A stretch of 64,000 nt of DNA from Candidatus Omnitrophota bacterium. Its GTDB lineage: Bacteria; Omnitrophota; Gorgyraeia; Duberdicusellales; Duberdicusellaceae. The notes under the pieces were generated by a model, which did not search any database, had not been told where the DNA came from, and saw only the letters and a program-made list of their open reading frames with translations. The position numbers and the translations under genes were made by a program. The stretch is from assembly GCA_016932855.1 (NCBI GenBank), contig JAFGCB010000064.1:1767-65766 (forward strand). The letters run 5' to 3'. Below are positions 54,474-62,822 of this stretch, piece by piece; the stretch's first letter is position 1; each line of letters starts with the position of its first letter.

Positions 54474-55679
54474 ATGTTTACCCCTAGTCAGAAAAAACAG
54501 TTTATGGTCTATTTCGGGATTTTTCTAATGGCGCTAGTTATCCATTTCTGCTTTTGGTTTGGCTATTATCAAGGCCGGCCTGGGACCTCATCTGATTTTG
54601 TGCATCAATTGGATCCAAACGCAAGACAATTAGTGGAATATCTCAGGGGAAATATTGTCTTGTCGGCGATTTCTTTTGAGCACCCCTTAGGCGTAATTGC
54701 CCATTTTAACTGGCTTATTTTCGTCAGCCTTATGTATTTTTTCTTCGGTTTGGGTAATGTAACAGCGATTATCGTTTTTCAAATAATAGCCGTTTCTCTG
54801 GTAACAGTGCTATTCTTCAAGATTACACTTAGACATTACCGTTCAAGAGTTATTGCCTTTGTTTTTACTTTTATTTCAATGGTTTTTATTGATAATATAT
54901 CCTGGAACCTCTGGGCTTCTACCGAATGTTTTTACCGCATCCTATTCTTCGTTTTTTATTATTATTTGCTTCAACTTTTCTTTATTAAGAAAAATTATAA
55001 ATACTTTTCTTTAGTTTTTTTCATTTCATTCTTCATTCTTGTTTTTACGAGGATTGACACGATTATTTTATATTTGCCTTTCTATATCTTATTAATCGGC
55101 TTAGGTGTAAAGTATTTGCGTCTTCGAATAAAATTAATAATCGCGGCAGCTGTCATAGGGCTTTTTTCCTGGATAATCCTTTCTTTTGATTTGTCGGCGG
55201 CCAGGATGTTGACCCTGGGCAGCGTGGAGAAGTTCTACAAAGACGGGATTGTAGTGCATTTCTATAGATTCATCGAACCTTTTGATAATACTATGAGCGG
55301 CAACTACTTATATCTGTTTTCACGGTGGATTAAGCTCTGGTTCTACCGGGCCTATGAATTTTTCAACCTAATGCCTTATCGATGGTCGAATATCCACAAA
55401 TTGCAGTATGCCTTTTTTATGATTATATTTTATTTTTTTTCTTTCTTTGCCTTGCTGAGGATGTTCAGGAATAAGGATTATCACTTTCTTTTCTTTTTTC
55501 TTGTGTATGTTTCAAGCGCTATAATGCATATTTTTCTATTTGGAGTAACCGCTGATTTGAGGACTACTTTTACTCATGTCCCTTTTTTGATTTTAACTGC
55601 CGGTTACGGCTGCGATTATTTATTTTCACTTTTTAAAGATAAGAAAGATCGTCCTAACGGCGACTTTTACAGAAGCTGA
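54474..55679 (+). CDS. hypothetical polytopic membrane protein (possible membrane glycosyltransferase/polymerase)
   Basis: ~401 aa, rich in F/Y/L with ~10 or more predicted TM helices. No confident family. Confidence 0.3.
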   Translation: MFTPSQKKQFMVYFGIFLMALVIHFCFWFGYYQGRPGTSSDFVHQLDPNARQLVEYLRGNIVLSAISFEHPLGVIAHFNWLIFVSLMYFFFGLGNVTAIIVFQIIAVSLVTVLFFKITLRHYRSRVIAFVFTFISMVFIDNISWNLWASTECFYRILFFVFYYYLLQLFFIKKNYKYFSLVFFISFFILVFTRIDTIILYLPFYILLIGLGVKYLRLRIKLIIAAAVIGLFSWIILSFDLSAARMLTLGSVEKFYKDGIVVHFYRFIEPFDNTMSGNYLYLFSRWIKLWFYRAYEFFNLMPYRWSNIHKLQYAFFMIIFYFFSFFALLRMFRNKDYHFLFFFLVYVSSAIMHIFLFGVTADLRTTFTHVPFLILTAGYGCDYLFSLFKDKKDRPNGDFYRS

Positions 55680-55697
55680 AGAAATAATATAAATTTA

Positions 55698-56381
55698 ATG
55701 CAGGCAGTAATACTTGCAGGAGGCAGGGGCTTGCGTCTTAAGCCTTTTACCGATACAGCGCCTAAAGTTATGGCTCTTGTTAAAGGAAAGCCTTTTCTTG
55801 AGCATCTTTTAAGATATATAAGGTCTTTTTCGATAAAAGATATCCTTTTGCTTACGGGATATTTGGGAAAACAGATAGAGGTTTATTTTGGGAATGGAGA
55901 GCAGTTAGGCCTTAGCATTGAGTATGTGAACGAGGCCAAGCCTTTAGGTACAGGCGGCGCATTAAAAAATGCGGAAGATAAATTAAGGGGTGAGTTTTTA
56001 CTTTTTAACGGGGACACCTATTTGCCTATAGACTATAAAGAAGTTATTGAGTCTTTTCAGCGGCGGGCTGCTTCCTGCATGATTGTTGCTCATAATAATT
56101 CCGACAAGATATTCGTTAATAATATGCGTGTGGGTGAGGATAGCCGCGTTCTTGCCTATAGCAAGACAGACACCCAGGCAATGACTGAGGTGGACGCGGG
56201 CCTTACGTTGTTTAAAAGAGAAGCGATAGATTACATTCCGGAAAAAAAGCCGTGTTCTTTCGAAAGAGAGGCCTTGCCACGGCTTATTGAGAAAGGTTAT
56301 GTTTCAGCCTTTATCACCGGCCAGCGCTTTTATGATATGGGCACTCCTGGAGGACTAAAAGATATGGAGGATATTTTGTAA
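55698..56381 (+). CDS. hddC: D-glycero-D-manno-heptose-1-phosphate guanylyltransferase-like nucleotidyltransferase
   Basis: AVILAGGRGLRLKPFT…PKVMA… signature; ~227 aa; immediately precedes the GHMP kinase and SIS isomerase genes. Confidence 0.6.
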   Translation: MQAVILAGGRGLRLKPFTDTAPKVMALVKGKPFLEHLLRYIRSFSIKDILLLTGYLGKQIEVYFGNGEQLGLSIEYVNEAKPLGTGGALKNAEDKLRGEFLLFNGDTYLPIDYKEVIESFQRRAASCMIVAHNNSDKIFVNNMRVGEDSRVLAYSKTDTQAMTEVDAGLTLFKREAIDYIPEKKPCSFEREALPRLIEKGYVSAFITGQRFYDMGTPGGLKDMEDIL

Positions 56382-57349
56382 TGATTATAACTCGTACTCC
56401 TTTTAGAGTAAGTTTTATGGGCGGCGGGAGCGATTTCAGGGATTTCTATAATAAGAACGGATATGGAGCCGTGGTCAGCGCCGCAATTGACAGATATATG
56501 TACATAGTCATCCATCCTTACTTTCATGATAAGATACGCATAAAATATTCTAAGACAGAAGATGTAGAGCGCCTTGCCGATATTAATCATCCTTTGGTAA
56601 GAGAATGCTTGAAAAAGGTTGAAGTTGAGAAAGGGATTGAGATCGCCAGTTTCGCCGATGTGCCGGCAGGGACTGGTCTAGGTTCTTCCAGCGCCTTTAC
56701 CGTAGGGCTATTGCACGCTTTGTATGTCTATAAAGGTAAGAGCGTATCGAAAGAGAAGCTCGCTCAAGAGGCCTGTGAGATAGAAATAGATATACTGGGC
56801 GAGCCTATAGGCAAGCAGGATCAATACGCCTCTGCTTACGGCAATATTAATTATTTTAAGTTCAAAAAAGATGAGACAGTAGAAGTTTGTCCTATTCCAG
56901 TAAAGCAGGAAGTAGAAGATAAGCTTAAGCGGGATTTCTGCCTTTATTATACAGGCCGGATGAGACAGGCCAGGGATATTCTTATTGAGCAGAAAAACAA
57001 TATTGCTGATAGGGATAAATTTGTGGTTTTAAGAAAGATGCTTGGCTTAACGCAAGAGCTTAAGGAAATTTTCCAGAAAGAAGAGATTGACCGCATAGGT
57101 TCTTTTTTACACAGAGGATGGCTTTACAAGAAAGAGCTAGCCGAAGGCATTTCTAATTCGGGGGTTGATGAATTTTACAATAAATCCTTGCAGTACGGCG
57201 CTGTAGGCGGAAAGCTCCTGGGTGCCGGAGGAGGAGGCTTTTTACTCTTATATTCTTTAGACCATGCAAGCTTAAAGAAAAAATTAGGCTGCAAGACTTT
57301 GCCTTTTAATATAGATAAAGAAGGAACAAAAATATTATTTAATGGATAA
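56381..57349 (+). CDS. hddA: GHMP-family sugar kinase (D-glycero-D-manno-heptose-7-phosphate kinase-like)
   Basis: TPFRVSFMGGGSDF…, PAGTGLGSSSAF and GAGGGGFLLL motifs; ~322 aa. Confidence 0.65.
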   Translation: MIITRTPFRVSFMGGGSDFRDFYNKNGYGAVVSAAIDRYMYIVIHPYFHDKIRIKYSKTEDVERLADINHPLVRECLKKVEVEKGIEIASFADVPAGTGLGSSSAFTVGLLHALYVYKGKSVSKEKLAQEACEIEIDILGEPIGKQDQYASAYGNINYFKFKKDETVEVCPIPVKQEVEDKLKRDFCLYYTGRMRQARDILIEQKNNIADRDKFVVLRKMLGLTQELKEIFQKEEIDRIGSFLHRGWLYKKELAEGISNSGVDEFYNKSLQYGAVGGKLLGAGGGGFLLLYSLDHASLKKKLGCKTLPFNIDKEGTKILFNG

Positions 57350-57361
57350 AGGAGGTTTTCG

Positions 57362-57928
57362 TTGATGCCGGCAGAATTCTTGAAAAAATATTTCGCGGAC
57401 ATGCAAAGAATTTTCCAGGCTTTCAGTGTTGAGGAATTTGCTAAGTTTATCTCGGAATTGAAAGATGCCTACGAGAAGGGTTTGTCTATTTTCGTCTTCG
57501 GTAACGGTGGCAGCGGCTTAAACGCTTCTCATTTTGCTTCGGACTTAAACAAAGAAGCCAGCCTCGGCAAACCTAAGCGGTTTAAGGTGACCTGTCTTAA
57601 CGACAGCCCCGCGCTTATTTCTTCTTACGCTAATGATATCTCCTATGCCGATATATTCTCAGAGCAGCTAAAGAATTTTATGAAGGAAAAAGACCTTGTC
57701 ATCGGGATTTCCGGCAGCGGCAATTCCGAAAATGTCATAAGAGCGATAGACTACGCCAACGAAGAAGGCGCAAGGACTCTGGGTATATGCGGCTTTAAAG
57801 GAGGCAGGTTGAAGAAAGTCGCCCTAAACTGTCTAGTCATTGACAGCGATGATATGCAGAAGGTTGAAGATGCGCATCTTATAATTCTTCATTGCGCTGT
57901 GCAGTGGTTGAAACTTAACTTACCTTAA
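57362..57928 (+). CDS. gmhA: SIS-domain sedoheptulose-7-phosphate isomerase
   Basis: ~188 aa single SIS domain with …VFGNGGSG…ASHFASDL… and …GISGSGNS… motifs. Confidence 0.7.
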   Translation: MMPAEFLKKYFADMQRIFQAFSVEEFAKFISELKDAYEKGLSIFVFGNGGSGLNASHFASDLNKEASLGKPKRFKVTCLNDSPALISSYANDISYADIFSEQLKNFMKEKDLVIGISGSGNSENVIRAIDYANEEGARTLGICGFKGGRLKKVALNCLVIDSDDMQKVEDAHLIILHCAVQWLKLNLP

Positions 57929-57966
57929 AGAGGAAGATAAGGCTTCGCGATAATTGAAACTATTCC

Positions 57967-58611
57967 ATGGTTTTCTTAAAATCAACGCGTCTAAAGAATA
58001 TTATTTGTATTTTTAGCGGTATAGCTATCTTTATTTTAGTCGTTATTCTATTTACGCCTTTGGCTGAGCAGTTATGTAAGGCGCTTATTATTGATGAAGC
58101 GCCTGTGTCTAGTGAAGGAATTGTTATTTTATCGGGAGGGGTTTATAAGTGTGGTCTTCCTGATTTTGGCACCTTGGTAAGGTTGAGGAAAGGGTTAGAA
58201 TTGTATCGGGAAGAATACGCAGATAAGATTATTTGTCTCGGAGGAAATATGGTAGAAAAGACCCAGAAAACCTTCGCCCAACATATGAAAGATACCCTTA
58301 TACTTAACGGTGTTGCTGCCGACGATATTTTAATTCAGGATGAGACGGTTAATACCTATCGGGATGTGGCGCATTTGGTCAAAAAGTTTAACGGTATTTT
58401 TGATTTTAATCAGGTACTTTTTGTGACCTCAGCTTACCATACTTACCGCCTAAAAAAAATTTTGCAGAAAATGGGGATCAACGCCCGGGTGATTTCGGCT
58501 GAACCATACGAATTAACGCCTAGGTTCTGGCCGGAGAGATTACTTTTTTTCTATTACATCATAAGGGAATACGGCGCAATCTGCTATTTTAAGCTAAAGG
58601 GTTATATCTAA
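57967..58611 (+). CDS. DUF218/YdcF-ElyC-SanA-family protein with N-terminal membrane anchor
   Basis: N-terminal TM helix. …GIVILSGG… and …VTSAYHTYR… motifs are typical of the DUF218 family. Confidence 0.5.
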   Translation: MVFLKSTRLKNIICIFSGIAIFILVVILFTPLAEQLCKALIIDEAPVSSEGIVILSGGVYKCGLPDFGTLVRLRKGLELYREEYADKIICLGGNMVEKTQKTFAQHMKDTLILNGVAADDILIQDETVNTYRDVAHLVKKFNGIFDFNQVLFVTSAYHTYRLKKILQKMGINARVISAEPYELTPRFWPERLLFFYYIIREYGAICYFKLKGYI

Positions 58612-58660
58612 TGGGCAGTAAACTTTGGGGAGGGCAAATTTTTTTGTTGATGCTTGAGTA

Positions 58661-60046
58661 ATGAGGCAAGAAGATAAGAGAAAAGACCCTTGCTTAGTTT
58701 TCGTAAATCCGCCTTCCTTTAGACAGACAGAGGTTCACGACAGCCCTCCTTACCCCAATATTAGCATTGCCTATATTGCTGCAGTAGCCAGAGAAGCAGG
58801 ATATCCTAATTGTTTCAATATTGACGCTAAATTGGAGCGTTTGACGCTAAGGGAGGTTGTCCAGCGTATTCTTGAATATTCGCCCGCTTTAGTCGGCTTT
58901 ACCGGCCTTACTAACGATATAGAGCAGGTTCGCCGTATCGCCGAAGCCCTAAAAGGATACAGCAAGGATATCATAACCGTCGTCGGCGGGGTTCATGTTT
59001 CAGCTTTGCCGCGGCAGACCCTATATGAAATTCCTGCGGTTGATTTTGTGGTCATAAATGAAGGAGAGCTGACGTTTCCAAGGTTACTTAGGGCTTTTTT
59101 TGACAAGTCCGAAAAAATCTCGGAGGTTCCCAATCTTTGCTATCGGAAAAACGGGGGAATAGTCGTTACCAAGAAGGAGGATTGGATAGAAGATTTGGAT
59201 AAGCTTCCTTTTCCCGCCTGGGATTTATTTCCGCCGGTGCAATTTTATCCGTTCATGGCAAGCCGGGGTTGTCCTTTTGGCTGCCGTTTTTGTAACCCTA
59301 TGGGCAAAAAGGTTCGCGAACGTTCCCTGGAAAACATGCTTAGAGAGGTTCAACAGCTTATTGAGAAGTATAACCCCAAGATTATTTCTTTTTTCGATGA
59401 GACATTCGGCTTAGATAAAGAAAAGACCGCTGCTCTTATGGATGCTTTCATTAAGATTGATTTGGCCAAGAAGTTAAAGTGGTACGCTGCTTTGCGCGTA
59501 AGCACAACCACTGTTGAGGTTATGTCTCATATGTATGAGGCTGGCTGTCGCTTGGTTGGATTCGGTATTGAATCTGGGTCACAACGAATATTGGGTGAAA
59601 AAATGGTTGATATCAATTATGCCCGGACATTGGTAAGGCACGGGATAAATCTCGGCATGGAGGTTAACAATTTTTTTATTTTAGGCCATCCCGATGAGAC
59701 TGCCTGGGAGATGCTGAAGACTATAAGACTTGCTGCAAAGCTTAATCCCACCCGTCCCATATTTGGGATTATGGTTCCTTATCCCGGCACAGAAATTTAT
59801 GATTTAGCCAAAGAAGGTAAGTCCGGCTATAAACTTATTGCCCGGTCGTGGAATGATTACAATAAGCATATCGGAAACGCCCTTAGGTTCACTAAAGTCG
59901 GAAATCTAACAGTCGAGTTTTTACGGATATCAGCATATTTATATTTTTTTATCTATAATCTGCGGTTTCGGGATTTATTGATTTTCATTAAAGATTACTG
60001 CCGCACGGCATTCGGGGTCTTGAAGAACATCCACCGAAGGATTTAG
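58661..60046 (+). CDS. cobalamin(B12)-binding radical SAM enzyme, paralog 4
   Basis: B12-binding-like N-terminus; CxxxCxxC (RGCPFGCRFC); ~461 aa. Confidence 0.75.
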   Translation: MRQEDKRKDPCLVFVNPPSFRQTEVHDSPPYPNISIAYIAAVAREAGYPNCFNIDAKLERLTLREVVQRILEYSPALVGFTGLTNDIEQVRRIAEALKGYSKDIITVVGGVHVSALPRQTLYEIPAVDFVVINEGELTFPRLLRAFFDKSEKISEVPNLCYRKNGGIVVTKKEDWIEDLDKLPFPAWDLFPPVQFYPFMASRGCPFGCRFCNPMGKKVRERSLENMLREVQQLIEKYNPKIISFFDETFGLDKEKTAALMDAFIKIDLAKKLKWYAALRVSTTTVEVMSHMYEAGCRLVGFGIESGSQRILGEKMVDINYARTLVRHGINLGMEVNNFFILGHPDETAWEMLKTIRLAAKLNPTRPIFGIMVPYPGTEIYDLAKEGKSGYKLIARSWNDYNKHIGNALRFTKVGNLTVEFLRISAYLYFFIYNLRFRDLLIFIKDYCRTAFGVLKNIHRRI

Positions 60047-60109
60047 AGTAAGGCTATTTAGGCTTTAGAGAGTTAATAAGAATATTTAACCCGATTAAAA
60101 GAAGGTATT

Positions 60110-61201
60110 ATGAAAAGATCTGACAGCCGGATTGCCGATCGCCTTAAATATACTTTAGTTACTTTATGTAACCGAATAAGGTATGGTTCTACTTGGAAGA
60201 AGCCGTTTTATATGCTGCGGCTACTAAAAAATTTATTCCTTCGGATTTGCTTTAATAAAAGGCCTTTACGGGGGATTGATTTTGCAGTTGATTTCGCCTG
60301 CGACTTAAAATGCGCGCACTGTTTTAACCGCGATATACTTACGCCTGGCAACAGCCGGAAGATGGGCATAGATGATTACGCCCGTGTTTTTAAGGAGGCT
60401 GAGAAAGAGGGGATCCTGAATTTTTGTTTTCAGGGCGGCGAATTTTTAATCCTTAAAAACTGGCAGGATATTTTGAGGTTGCTGGATTCACGAAAGTTTT
60501 CTATTTCAGTAACTACGAACGGAACTCACCTGGACGAGGAGGTTGCGAAAAAATTAAAAGAACTTGGGGTTAATACCGTCACCGTCAGTATTGACAGCGG
60601 GATAGCCGCCGAGCACGATGAATTTAGAGGTCAAGAGGGAAGTCATGCTAAGGCCCTAAAGGCGATAGAGAATTCCCTGAAGCAGGGATTTAAGGTCGTA
60701 CTTAATGCGACCATAACTCCTGCGAGTATGCGCTCGGAGGGTTTTTTAAAACTTTTAGAATATGCGGCTCAAAAGAAGACTTTATTAAATACTATTTTTG
60801 CAGCTCCTTCCGGCAATTGGAGCGGCAAAGAAGAGATTATTATGCGCGATGAGGATATTTCAGAATATAAAGCTATTTGTAAGAGATATCCTAACGTAGT
60901 TCGTGATATGGATTCGTTATATTTAGGCAGGGGTTGTCCGGCTGCCAATGAGTCAATTTATATTACTCCTTATGGTGATGTGTTTGCCTGTGCCTATATA
61001 CATATTACTTTAGGTAATATCTTTACCGAACCTTTGCATCAGATTAGAAAAAGGGGCAGAAAATATTTTAAATATCAGAGTAAATGTCCCATCTCCGAGA
61101 ATAGAGATTTTATTGAGCAGTATAATCGCCTGGTAAAAGGGGCTAAGGCTCTGCCTTTGCCTTACGAGGCCCATAACGAGATTACAGCCTGGGATTCTTA
61201 A
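60110..61201 (+). CDS. radical SAM enzyme with C-terminal SPASM/twitch-like Cys-rich domain
   Basis: CxxxCxxC near the N-terminus (CDLKCAHC) and C-terminal cysteines (…GRGCPAANES…FACAY…) compatible with an auxiliary Fe-S (SPASM/twitch) domain; ~363 aa. Confidence 0.6.
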   Translation: MKRSDSRIADRLKYTLVTLCNRIRYGSTWKKPFYMLRLLKNLFLRICFNKRPLRGIDFAVDFACDLKCAHCFNRDILTPGNSRKMGIDDYARVFKEAEKEGILNFCFQGGEFLILKNWQDILRLLDSRKFSISVTTNGTHLDEEVAKKLKELGVNTVTVSIDSGIAAEHDEFRGQEGSHAKALKAIENSLKQGFKVVLNATITPASMRSEGFLKLLEYAAQKKTLLNTIFAAPSGNWSGKEEIIMRDEDISEYKAICKRYPNVVRDMDSLYLGRGCPAANESIYITPYGDVFACAYIHITLGNIFTEPLHQIRKRGRKYFKYQSKCPISENRDFIEQYNRLVKGAKALPLPYEAHNEITAWDS

Positions 61202-61226
61202 GCCGGGGACATTCTTATTTTAAGTA

Positions 61227-62759
61227 TTGGCCTTAGCGCCGGGATTTAAAATTATGATTAATAGCCTTTTGGATGGAGTTAAGCCTCAGGATATTCGAGT
61301 AGCATTCGTTCATGATTTAACCTTTAATGAGCCGATAGGAATAGGATATTTGGCCGCTTATATAAAGAAACATTTTCCTTTGGTTAAAGTTGCCTTGTTT
61401 GATCCTAAGGTTGATCCTATATCTTCCATAGCCGACTTTCAGCCTACGTTAGTTCTTTATAGTATTATGACTGGTCAGCAGAAGCAGTATATTGAGCGGA
61501 ACATAAGGATAAAGAAGTTGCTTAAACCTTTCATATCTGTTTTTGGAGGGGCTCATCCGACATATTTTCCGGAGATGGTCACAGAAGAAGGCGTTGATAT
61601 TATTTGCCGGGGTGAAGGGGAGAAACCTTTAGGAAATTTGATACAGGCAATGGTATCGCATTCAGACATACGTTTTATAAAGGGACTTTGGGTCAAATAC
61701 GACGATAAGATCCACAGAAACGAGGTTGATTTGCTTATCGATGATTTAAGCGCTTTGCCTTTTCCGGACAGGGATATATATTACGGTAAGTCATCTTTTC
61801 TAAGAACCTACGGCAGAAAACCCGTGGTGGGCGCCCGGGGATGCCCCTTTAAATGTTCGTATTGTTATAACAGCGGGTTAAACGCCTTGTTTGCGGGCAA
61901 GGGAAAGGTTTTTCGTTCCAGGAGCCCTCAGTCCGTGGTTAGTGAAGTTAAGGCTATTAAGTCTAAGTTTAATCTTCGTTTTATCGCTTTTATAGAAGAC
62001 GTATTTTCCGGGATAGACATCGAGTGGCTGAAGGCATTCCAGGCAGAATATTCGAAACTGGATATCCCTTTTTTTGTAAGCTTAAGGGCGGAATTTGTCA
62101 ATTCCAGGCTAGCTAAGTATCTGCGTAAAAGCGGCTGCGTCTCAGCTTCCATGGCGATTGAGCACGGTGAATATGAATATCGCAAAAAGTATCTTTTTCG
62201 TAATATGTCCAACGATATGCTTATCGAAGGCACGCGGATACTTGAGTCCGAAGGCATACGCGTTGCTTCGCCGGTTATGCTGGGCCTTCCCTTTTCCGAC
62301 TTAAACAGCGATATTGAAACGCTTAGGCTGGTATCTAAGACTAGGCCGACGCACGCGACGACAGCGGTGTTTCAGCCTTATCCCGGCACGGCTCTTACCA
62401 ATATGTGCCTTGAGAAAAAACTTCTTGAGGCCGTTGACGTTGATAATCTTCAAGACGATTTTTATTCTCCGGCGCCCCTTAAGGGCGTTGATTATAAGAA
62501 AGTCTTGAAGCTTCATAACAGTTTCAGCGTGATATTGTTAATCAATAGATGGTTTAAAACGGACGTAGGCAAGTGTTTTAAGAGGCTGCCGGATTTATCC
62601 ATTATAGGGCTGGTAAATGTCTTCTTAAAATATTTATCCTTTCGAAAGATAATTAGTTATCGGCGTTCCTTAATAGAAATAATCCGAGAGATATATAATG
62701 CCTTAAGCAGCGGGGTCTTCGGCGTAGGCGCAAAAAGAAAAAGAGAGCCTAGCTGGTAA
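61227..62759 (+). CDS. cobalamin(B12)-binding radical SAM enzyme, paralog 5
   Basis: B12-binding-like N-terminus; CxxxCxxC (RGCPFKCSYC); ~510 aa. Confidence 0.75.
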   Translation: MALAPGFKIMINSLLDGVKPQDIRVAFVHDLTFNEPIGIGYLAAYIKKHFPLVKVALFDPKVDPISSIADFQPTLVLYSIMTGQQKQYIERNIRIKKLLKPFISVFGGAHPTYFPEMVTEEGVDIICRGEGEKPLGNLIQAMVSHSDIRFIKGLWVKYDDKIHRNEVDLLIDDLSALPFPDRDIYYGKSSFLRTYGRKPVVGARGCPFKCSYCYNSGLNALFAGKGKVFRSRSPQSVVSEVKAIKSKFNLRFIAFIEDVFSGIDIEWLKAFQAEYSKLDIPFFVSLRAEFVNSRLAKYLRKSGCVSASMAIEHGEYEYRKKYLFRNMSNDMLIEGTRILESEGIRVASPVMLGLPFSDLNSDIETLRLVSKTRPTHATTAVFQPYPGTALTNMCLEKKLLEAVDVDNLQDDFYSPAPLKGVDYKKVLKLHNSFSVILLINRWFKTDVGKCFKRLPDLSIIGLVNVFLKYLSFRKIISYRRSLIEIIREIYNALSSGVFGVGAKRKREPSW

Positions 62760-62822
62760 CTGGTTCTTAAGAGTTTCCGCAAGGCCATAGGCTTTTTTAA
62801 AGGCATTAATACAGATCGCTTT

